From contig NC_043005.1 of NCBI RefSeq assembly GCF_006345805.1, positions 76,818,001-76,882,000 on the forward strand: 64,000 bases of DNA, given 5' to 3'. Source of the DNA: Octopus sinensis (lineage: Eukaryota). A model generated the notes under the pieces. It worked only from the letters and a program-made list of their open reading frames with translations. It was not told the origin of the DNA and did no database searches. Shown here piece by piece: positions 53,933 through 64,000 of this stretch. How positions within the stretch are numbered: the stretch's first letter is position 1; each line of letters opens with the position of its first letter. The translations under genes and the position numbers were made by a program.

Positions 53933-53973
53933 TTCTAGACGCGTTTCTAGTTACTTACTCTTCATCAGTAGAA
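53933..53973 (-). ncRNA. Minimal type I hammerhead ribozyme motif, copy 2
   Basis: Identical to 52728-52768, in the second duplication unit. Confidence 0.6.
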
Positions 53974-54896
53974 GTTACCACCGAAGCAGAAACCAAGTTA
54001 GATTATAAAGCCGTAGGTTTATCTTAGAGAAATAAACAGACTTGGGCTTAGTACAAATATGCCTGGAACATTTTAACTTCTAAAGACAAATTGACTATAG
54101 TTTACCGTGGAGAAAAGCAACTCGCTTATGGCAAAAGATGTAAAACACCTTATCTGTTCATTGTCTTCTCCTATCAGGGTCTTGAACGCTTTTTAGCCCT
54201 TCAGCCTACCTCAGTAAAAAATACCAAACTTTTAAATTATCAAACCGTAGCTTTATCTTAGATCAGTCAACATCTGTGACTGACTTGCGCTCGCGGACAT
54301 CCTCGTCAGAACAAGTATAGTAGTAGCGATGAACTGGGAATGACGATGAGTTGGAAATGGCGATGAGCTGGCAGAAACGTTAGCACGCCGGGCGAAATGC
54401 TTTTCAGTATTTCGTCTGCCGTTACGTTCTGAGTTCAAATTCCGCCGAGGTCGACTTTGCCTTTCATCCTTTCGGGGTCGATAAATTAAGTACCAGTTAC
54501 GCACTGGGGTCGATGTAATTCGAGTTAATCCCTTTGTCTGTCCTTGTTTGTCCCCTCTATGTTTAGCCCCTTGTGGGCAATAAAGAAATAAGTATAATAG
54601 TAGCGGCATATTTTAAGAAGCCCAAATTTTGTACATAGTAGCATTGTATATTGAGAGTATAGTGTAGTGAAGTTGGTTAAGTATCTCCTGAGACCTTGTT
54701 ATTTTACTAATAAAATAATGAAATTATGATTTTTAACAGACACATATATATATATATATTCCAATAAGTAATAAAGAAAAAGAAGATGAAATCTTGTTTC
54801 GTGAGCAAACCCTTTTATGCATGTGAATGTGTATACATATATATATACATATGTGTGTGTGTGTGTGTGTGCATGTATGTATATATATGTTTGTAT

Positions 54897-54936
<40 letters not shown>

Positions 54937-56021
54937 GTATATATGCATAAATATGCATGTTTGTATATTTATACATATACATACTTACACACACACGCGC
55001 ACATGTATATGTATATATACACGGACTCACGTGCACATACACATTAGCACATATACATTGCATACATCGACACAGAGAAGCATATACATACATATATATG
55101 CGTGTGTATGTGTATATGTGTGTGTGTGTTGATCAATAGGGAAATAGATATATAATTTCACACAAACAAGTATACGTAACACTTTCACACACATTGACAT
55201 ACATACACACGAAAACATACACATATACACTCAAACACACACATACACACGCATTATCCCACCATAAAGTCATGGGAATTATTGATTGGTACTCTGCGAA
55301 TCTTGCCGAATGATGGCCGCAGCATATTTTTCAGTTATTAAATTTTATGTCTGTTACTGTTGCTTCTAGAATGGTAACATATGGACAGTTTCAACTGCAG
55401 GATAATCCAAAAGAAATAATTTCTGTTATCGTTACTTAATATCCCTTGAGATACAGAGATAATCTATTAGAACTCACTTTTCGAACACTTTATCGCAACA
55501 TTCTTTCGTTGGCTTGATATTAATGTTTCATTTGAGTCTACGTGTTTCGTCGACACAGTTCTTGTGTGTTTGTTTCGTGTTTCATTTTTGGAAATATTGT
55601 ACAAAAATATAGATGATTGAGACATTGGGCTTCTGTAAGACTGTATGGTTTGCTTCGAAATCCTGTGTTTCCGAGATCGATTTCACTATGCGACTCATTG
55701 TACTAGTGTCTTGTATCACGGGATTAACTCGACCCAATTGTTGAGAATAGAATCTGATTTACAGATTCTCCGAAATCCAGTCGAAAGGACTGACAATTGT
55801 ACAGTGTTAAGGGCAGCAATTTTAAGAGAAGGGTAAGTCGTTTATATCGATTCCAGTGCTCTACTATTACTTTATTTTATTGACCTCCGAAGGATAAAAA
55901 GTAAAGACAGCCTCAGCGGAATTTGAAATCACATCGTGTGTGTGTGTGGCAGGTTGTCGACAACCTTGACACCACTACCAACTTGTTGCCTTAAAGTGAA
56001 TTAAAATAATAGAGTTTATCT

Positions 56022-56214
56022 ATCTCTTTTACTTGTTTCAATCATTTGACTGTGGCCATGCTGGAGCACCGCCTTTAGTCGAACAAATCGACCCAGGACT
56101 TATTCTTTGTTAGCCTAGTATTTATTCTATCGATCACTTTTGCCGAACCGCTAAGTTACTGGGACATAAACACACCAGCATCGGTTGTCAAGCGATGTTG
56201 GGGGGAAAACACAG

Positions 56215-56247
<33 letters not shown>

Positions 56248-56419
56248 CATATATACGACGGGATTCTTTCAGTTTCCGTCTACCAAATCCACTCACAAGG
56301 TTTTGGTCGGCCCGAAGCTATAGTAGAAGACACTTTCCCAAGGTGCAACGCAGTGGGACTGAAGCCGGAACCATGTGGCTCGTAAGCAAGCTACTTACTA
56401 CACAGCCACTCCTACGCCT
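56022..56419 (-). mobile_element. tRNA/CORE-like SINE with internal microsatellite
   Basis: Full-length member of the 23176 family. Confidence 0.85.
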
Positions 56420-58484
56420 TTGTGAATGAAAATTAAATGCAACTCAGACATTTGAACATCTTATTCAATTGAATATCAAGTGAATTACTTTGTTATTTTT
56501 AATTCTAAAGTGGCATGAAATTATCTGTTTTGCTCCATCGATTTTATTATTCTACCAAATTAAAATTTATGTTGTATTGTCTTCCAAAACAATATGACAT
56601 TTTGCTATATTAGTTTATATTTCATATGTCTTTCAGATTTGACGTATGTTGCCCATAGAGAATATTACTGAAGTGTTTTTAGCATAAATCCAAGTTTATA
56701 TAGATTCATAATGAAAATGAAAATGAAGTAAATATTCTGGAATAATCAGTCCCTGACACCGAGTTGCCAAAATATCGTTCTGCAATTCATCTCACATGAC
56801 TAAACATTCTTCTGTTCCCAGATAGAACACAATAAGTCGACTTATGTGTTTTGTCGAAGAATAGATATTTGAGTTCTTTGGACCATGTCTCATATATACT
56901 AGAGATATGATTTTGGAAAATTTTCGACTTTTACAGCCACCTATGACACACAGTAAGTTGAAAAAACTAGGATTATTATTATTTTTTTAGTTGTTTGCTT
57001 TTATATCAGTTTTTTTGTTTTGATTTACTGTGTTTGGTCAGATGATGGTAAAATGCATTCGTCATAAAGCGTACTTCTATATATATAGTCAAAGGAGTTC
57101 CATCTATGACCCACCCAACCTTTTATATCTCTAGAACGATACTGTGAAATATATGCTTGTAATTTTAAGGCAATTGGATGGTATTTTAGGGAGGTTTCAT
57201 TGCTATTTCTAGTAGGTTGAGCAATTGTATAACGGGTCCCTCGCTGGCACACGCACACAACTGATTCAGCTACGTTCAGTAGGGAACTTAAACGACCAAC
57301 ATAGGAATAGTTTAGCAAGAGACTGTTAACTGCCTTGTCTTAGACTGAGTATAAAAATTGAATACAAATAATTTATTAAAAAAAACATAGGAGTTTTAAT
57401 TCAGAATCTATGTTTGTGAAATTCGTATCTCATCAGTCAATTTAGTCATCACTCGGATTTCTTTCCGTATTGTTTGTGTCAGAGTAACCTGCTTAGCTGA
57501 TGTGAATGTTCTCCATTTGATACAAAAAGAAACGCATACCAGCAAAATCTTTTCAACATGGACAAGGTACCAGTCAAGAGATAAAAGCATCACAATTGCA
57601 ACCTTAACGATATAGCCAGCTGCAATATTAGTTATTATACAGGAGTTCTATAAATAATTAATCATTGAGGTTTATATTTCCACGATCCCAGAGTTTGGAG
57701 GCAAGCAGTAATAAAAAATGCATAAGTATATCCGTAGTTCGTTGCTTTGTATCAGCTGCTAGAAAGTGAAACAGTACTTATACATTATCCATTAGCCATT
57801 TTTACACTGTTCACTCGAAGTTCCTGCGACGTTTCACTCACGATCGCAACATCATGGTTTCAATTTCCGGATTGGGTGGTGTGTTGTGTTCATTTCATTT
57901 CATTTCATTTTGCCCAGCTGTAAATGAATGTCCCTGCGAGTGATTGGTCTCCCGTTCAGGTGGATGTTGTGATCTTGATCGCTCACACGGCATGGGAATT
58001 GGGTAAGCGTCCCTATTGCTCCAAGGATTCGAGACAATTATGTTCTGTGTCTTACATGAAAGTTTCTAGAACCAGCTGATAGAATGAATGCTGTTCGTTG
58101 TAACTTACTTCAATTGCTAGGATTTGAATTCAAGATTATCATTAATCTAATCATTCCATGATTATATGATAGATTCATTGAGATCGATAAGAGCGCTTTA
58201 GAACGAAGGTAAGATAAAAGTGAGATGTAAGTTCGATCAATGTTTGAGTAATTTGAATTCAGTCAGCCATAGTACCTGCACTTTTCGGCGAAGATCAATA
58301 GTCTTAGGAGGATTGATTCCTGTAAAGTTTGTCTCAGACATTCTAAATAAAGACAATGCCTAGGCTACAAGATTTTAAGAATGTCGAAATATTTTCATTT
58401 CCGTGATACGATCTGTCCCAGTATAAGAATCTCATCTCAGAGAGTGCTTTGATTATTATATCTGATAATATTAAGGTAACGATT

Positions 58485-58690
58485 TGGCAGAACCGTTACA
58501 GAACTAAACAAAATACTTAGCCGTATGTCTTCCGGCTTTATATTCGGAGTTCAAATTCCGTCGAGGTCGACTTTGTTTTATATCCTTTCGTAGTTGATAA
58601 AATAATTACCAGTTAAGTGCTGGGGTCAATGTAATCGACTTATCCCTCCTCGAAAATGCTGGCTTTGAGTCAAAATTTGAAGCAAATATT
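58485..58690 (+). mobile_element. Meta-type SINE (others at ~55810-55990 - and ~62570-62750 +)
   Basis: Head/core/tail motifs as at 4361. Confidence 0.8.
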
Positions 58691-60956
58691 TTTTTCAATA
58701 TTTAGAACTTTTTATAAAATACAAACACTCGTTAACAGAACCAAGCATACTGCTATAAATTTTCTCAAAATTATCTTTTGAATGAAAAGGGTTAGAATTA
58801 TCCATCTTTAATTATTTGCTTCGCGACTGAATTTAGATTATTTTATGCCTAACATGTAAGTTATCATAATTATACTTGGGCCACCAATCATTTCTTATGA
58901 ACTATGTTTTTTTGTAGTTATTATTGACGTCGTCGTTGTTTGACAGAAGCAAAAGTCTGATCGTGCAGGTCTACGATATTTAGTTAAGTCGGTCTAACGA
59001 ATATACGTGAAGCACCTATCAATTATTCTAGACATAGACTATATCTATGTCTTGTGGAAGAACCCAACGCGACGTCGGCCATATTGTTGTTTAACTAAAT
59101 GTGTTAGTCTGATCATATTGTTTTCTTTTGTACTATTCAGCCTGCTTTTGTATGTTTGCCAGTGAGTTCTGGCGCTGGTTGAGCTGTTAGAGGAAGGAGA
59201 AGGAGAGTAAGATAGATGCTGTCAGGAACACAACATCAATTGTTCCTCTTCATTTTCCAAAGGCTGTGTACAGCAAACGATAGCATTTGAATATAATAAG
59301 GTTATTGTTACTGTTGTTGTTTTATTTATTTTTTGTAGTGGATTTTGTTTGTTTTTTTCTTTCTTTCGATTTACTGAGAAAGAAAATGTTCTAGAATAGC
59401 AATGAAATTGAGTTCAGGATGTTCTAATAATGTTCTAATGTTGCGGTACAGTAAATGAGTATGGACGTTTGAGGATGGTTAGACGTTGACAAGAATTTAC
59501 TGGAAACTTCTGGCAGAAGATTAAAAAGAAAAAGAAATCTGTAGCCTGCATATACCTAACAAATCTTTCAGTTTCAGTATTTTCGTTCGTTGTATAGGTG
59601 ATTCGTGGGCGTTTTCTGTGTGTGGTACATAATAATGTAAGGTGAGCTGTTTTGTCTCATTTCTAATTTTGTGAGTTTTGTCGAGAAGATACATGTTATC
59701 CAGGCAGTATTGGCATAGTCCAAGACGGCATTTATTGCCTGTATACTAAGCAAAATGTCCTGTTTTCTTTCTTTACTGCTTCACATCTCTTGCGATGTAT
59801 AAATATGAAGAATAACGTCCATTTCTTCACATAGCGTAGTTTCGATCTACAGACCTCTGGGTTATGGGCCAACACGCTTATACCTACACTACTCTGTTCA
59901 GCGTGTGCCTGAGCAAACATGAAATGTATTATCTACTTTATTGTCTTTTCTGGATTACATTCCCTTCATCAGTTGCACTCCTGTTTAATCTAACTTTCGG
60001 GTATTAACGGCCCAGGTCATGACTAATGTATGCACAAACCACACACACACACACACATACACACACACACATACACACACACACACACACCCACACAAAC
60101 ACACACACACACATACACATACACACACATACTTATGTATTAGTGTATTTTCTCCAAATGCTCGAGTGACGCGAATGTAGTAGATGGGTTGTATGTAAAC
60201 CCTAGTATTTTACTCTCCTCTGTGGTAGCTTTCTTTATGCTACTTATAATGATTGGCTGTATTTGATGCTCTTTGCTGTTACTGGTCGAAAAAGGAAGAA
60301 GATGGTCACTTCGGTAGCTGATACTGTACAGTCTATTAATTTGGTGGCAGCTGTTTTACGCTGTTACTTTACGATTTGTGAAATCTGTGTAATGAGGTCT
60401 GCAAGAATAGTTGTAACGTGCGCAAAAATCAGAAATAAGATAAAATACATGAATAGTATGATATTGCAGCTCTGATTTCCACGCATGAATTGCGGCGAAG
60501 AAATACATTCATACTTACATACATAAATACATACATAAATACATACACACACACATACATACATACGTACATACATACACAAACAAAAATACATAAATAC
60601 ATACATGCATATATACATACATACATGCATACACATACATGCATACATAAATACACACATACATATATACATATACATATATACATATGCATATATACAT
60701 ACATATATACCCACATACATACATATATAAATACATATGTATGTGTGTATATATGTATATATACATATATACATACATACACACATTCACACATACATAC
60801 ATACACACACATACACACACATACACATATAATATAAGTGTGTGTTTGTCTCAGTGTGTGTGTATGTATAGGTATACATATATACGTATTCTCGTATTTA
60901 CGTATATAAATATATATATATGTATTTGTATAAATATGTATATATTTTTATATATG

Positions 60957-61010
<54 letters not shown>

Positions 61011-61333
61011 GTATTTGTATAAATATGTATATGTCTGTATGTTTGTGTTAAAATATATAATATATATGTATATCTAGATATATATATATATATATATCTG
61101 TGTATGTGTATTTACGATGTATATGTGTGTGTGCGTGCATATAAATGTGTAAGAGCGTGAGTGAGTGTGTAGGTACGTATGTCTGTATGGATGCATGTGA
61201 ATTTGTAAGACCGAGAAACTTTAAAGTATAGTAATTCAATAGGATTGTCTTCTTACACGGTTTTTATACACAGAAGAGAGAGAAAAAGAATGATAACGAG
61301 AAATAACAGAGAGAGAATGCCAGAGGGAGTAAG

Positions 61334-61375
<42 letters not shown>

Positions 61376-62058
61376 GCTGTGTTAGTCTACATCAGCAGAA
61401 TCGCTCAATCAGTCATTCAGACACTAGAAATATCTTCAATACAGACAACAATTTCGTCTCCCAGAAATCATCAATTATTACTTGTTCTGACATTTTCAGC
61501 GATATGTTTCTGATAGATTGAAATAAGCTGGAACAGTCTCAAAGTACAGTCGTCTGAACTAACGTTAGTATTTATGTATATATATTTATTTATTTATCTA
61601 TTTATCTATTTATTATTATATATTTTATTTTTGCATTAGACTTTCTCTCTCGCTGTTCTATCAATAATGCAGCAAAAACGTCCAGCACTTCGCAGTTCCT
61701 TCTAACCCCCATAACAGAAAGTGTTTAAAACGATTTGGCTGTTACAGTGTAATATATTGTATTACAAGATTCTGTATAAACTTTCTAACACACGTTTTTT
61801 TTCTTCTTCCCAATTTTCTGATTTATTTAGATTGCTTATTACGCTTATTTTCTTGGCTTTGATGCTGGGACATTAGGTTCGCTATTGGTCCCATGCCAGG
61901 AATGATATTACCCCCTACAATTGCTATTGTTTTTGCTGCTGCCGCCGCTTATCTCCATGTGACGCCTGATTGAACTGACCTATAATGAAAGGTAAGGTAT
62001 TACACAAAACCACACACGCACACACACACACACACACACACACCACACACACACACAC

Positions 62059-62091
<33 letters not shown>

Positions 62092-62822
62092 TATTATATA
62101 TACACGAACACACATAAACGTGTATGTATCTATTCATATTTATATGGATACACATGTAGGTCACTCTCAGTGCTACTAGTAACATGTGACCCTATAGAAC
62201 CTTATCGCATGACCAGGCCGTCGGCGAGTAAATTGGCAATGGTTTCCAGCTTGCTTGGTAAGGAAGATCTTCGTTGTACAAACTGCATGACGAAAAACAA
62301 AATGCCAAAGAACAGATGAACACAATAGAGTTAACGGCCATCCGACAACTGGGGCTGAGAGTCCCGTAGTCTATGTTTAGATACTTCTGTAGGAGAAGGG
62401 AATTCCGAAATAACCCGCCTCGTTGCAGAACCAGCAATTTTGGTTTTGCTTGTTTCTGGACTACTTGGCATTTTAGATGAAAGTCTTCGAGATTTTCTGT
62501 AAACTGTTATTGACTCCATATTCCAGCAGAGGCACTGCTGACAACTATTGCTTTTAACAATTAGGATAATATTTAAGGCGGCGAACTGGTAGAATCGTTA
62601 TTTTGTCCATCTCTACGTTCTGAGCTCAAATTCTACCGTGGTCAACTTTCCCTTTCATCCTATAGGGTCAATAAAATAAGAATCACTAGATGTAATCGAC
62701 GTACCCACCACCCCACACTTGCTAGCCTTGTGCCAAAATTTGAAGCCAATGCCTAGGATAAGGTAAGCTGTCAGAGATGGTTATACTCGTCTACAAATTG
62801 GCAGCCACTATGAATGGAGAAC

Positions 62823-62940
62823 TACAGACATCCATATCGCGGTTCACCTATTGCGGTTCACCTATCACCTTTCACCTATTGCGGTTCACCTATCGTAGTT
62901 TATTATTTAAGCTTGCGTCGATAGTCAATGGATTACTGTA
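62823..62940. mobile_element. pogo/Tigger-like MITE with internal 14-bp tandem repeat
   Basis: TA-CAG...GGATTACTG-TA ends; GCGGTTCACCTAT repeated ~4 times. Confidence 0.55.
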
Positions 62941-63332
62941 CATTTTATGAATATATCCATTGTGTTTGTAATGGGTAAGATATGACTAGGGTGAGCAAAA
63001 ATGCAATTTCTGATATGTGTAGCTACCGTACAGAGAACTGACTCGTAGATTCCTAGGCAATATAGGTTGTAGTGATAGCTGCAAATGTCCCCGTTCGTTC
63101 TCATCAATAATAGAAAATGAAGGGAGGGACATTTGCCCTCATCCTTTACTCGGACAAGTGTTCTGGGATAATTACTCTCTAACAATAGCTGTTTCAGAAA
63201 ATTGAAGATTCGGTATAGGATTATGTCGTGCATTTGGTTATAAAGTTTGGAGTTGGGGAGTAGGTTGAGCTGAATGATACTGAAGGAGTGTTTATTCCGA
63301 GTAATTTCCCTTATGAAGGGTAAGGACAAAGC

Positions 63333-63578
63333 ATCCTTCTCGAGGCCAATGAACTCAGAAGGACCACTTCCCGGTTTCCGTTGCGTATACATATTTGGTC
63401 CCAAGACAGGACGCCAGTCCGTCACAGGATTTCTCATTTTCGCCGGCTAAATGGACTGGAATAACGTGAAATGAGGCGTTTTGCTCAAGAAGACAACACG
63501 ACGCCCGGTTCTGGAGTTGAAATTACAATCTTACGATCATGAGTCCAACACCCAAACCACTAGGACACACGCCTCCAC
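63333..63578 (-). mobile_element. tRNA-derived SINE with V-domain-like core
   Basis: Minus strand head GTGGAGGCGTGTGTCCTAGTGG; core CCTGTGACGGACTGGCGTCCTGTC; tail shared with 16124-16375. Confidence 0.7.
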
Positions 63579-64000
63579 AGTTGCCCTGATATCGAATTCA
63601 ATGCGATTTTTGCTGGGTAATGACGTTCAAGCGAAGGAATTTGTACTGTAGTTAAGTTATGCAGGGGGAAATTTCTTTTCTCTAACCGATATCTATATCC
63701 CTCGACATGCACGCACGCACATAAACACACAAGGAACTTCTATACAGCCTCTGGCTACCAAATGCTATTTTCAGAATATTGGTCCATGCACCTATGGCCG
63801 AAATCACTTAACCATGACATCATATAATGGGCTTGGCCTGATACTTAGCCATTGTGAAGTAGATTTCCTGGTCACACAGCCATGCATGTTTTCTAAATTT
63901 GCACAGACAAAAATTATAGTCATCATCTTTTATTTCTCTTCTCTATCTGTTTCAGCAATATTTCCATTCACTTCTAGGATGCTGTTTAAGAATATTAAAT

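Larger units (their letters stand above)
52530..54935. repeat. Near-identical tandem duplication, 1205-bp period
   Basis: GGACTGGCTTCTTCC starts at 52530 and 53735; differences are mostly homopolymer-length indels; both units are bounded by (TA)n. Confidence 0.95.

Noticed and set aside
57025-57593. Two minus-strand ORFs as possible host exons or a hAT C-terminus
   Set aside because: No recognisable domain and no convincing splice-site pair; similarity too weak to call.
62330-62520. CWFCNEAGY zinc-knuckle-like peptide suggesting an LTR gag remnant
   Set aside because: The His and last Cys are missing, stops flank it, and no LTR or pol evidence is nearby.

Overview
Repeat-saturated animal DNA, very likely octopus. 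This is inferred from the cephalopod-type neurofilament exon, tRNA-derived SINE families and extreme (TA)n/(CA)n/(GATA)n/(ATT)n microsatellite load. The only supportable host coding sequence is coding exon 1 (8314->7782, minus strand) of the lamin-like neuronal intermediate filament gene, homologous to squid NF60/NF70/NF220. It has a GTAAGT donor and a compact CCAAT-TATA-Inr promoter about 95-150 bp upstream of the ATG. Bases 1-7781 are intron 1, and 8.4-64 kb is upstream DNA with no supportable host exon. The rest is SINEs, LINE 3' fragments (Tx1/L1-like, CR1-like, RTE), decayed DNA transposons (mariner, maT/DD37D, hAT, MITEs), palindromes and two near-identical tandem duplications. Almost all other ORFs in the track are microsatellite artefacts. 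Best leads: (1) a Tx1/L1-type LINE flanked on both sides by (GATA)n; (2) a SINE subfamily carrying that LINE's 3' end (32/40 nt identical); (3) minimal hammerhead-ribozyme motifs, including a ~240-bp tandem, retrozyme-like arrangement inside a 1.2-kb duplication; (4) a minisatellite of overlapping NF-kB/STAT-like sites 11 kb upstream of the gene. All family names come from recalled motifs and manual alignment, not database searches, and most element boundaries are approximate.
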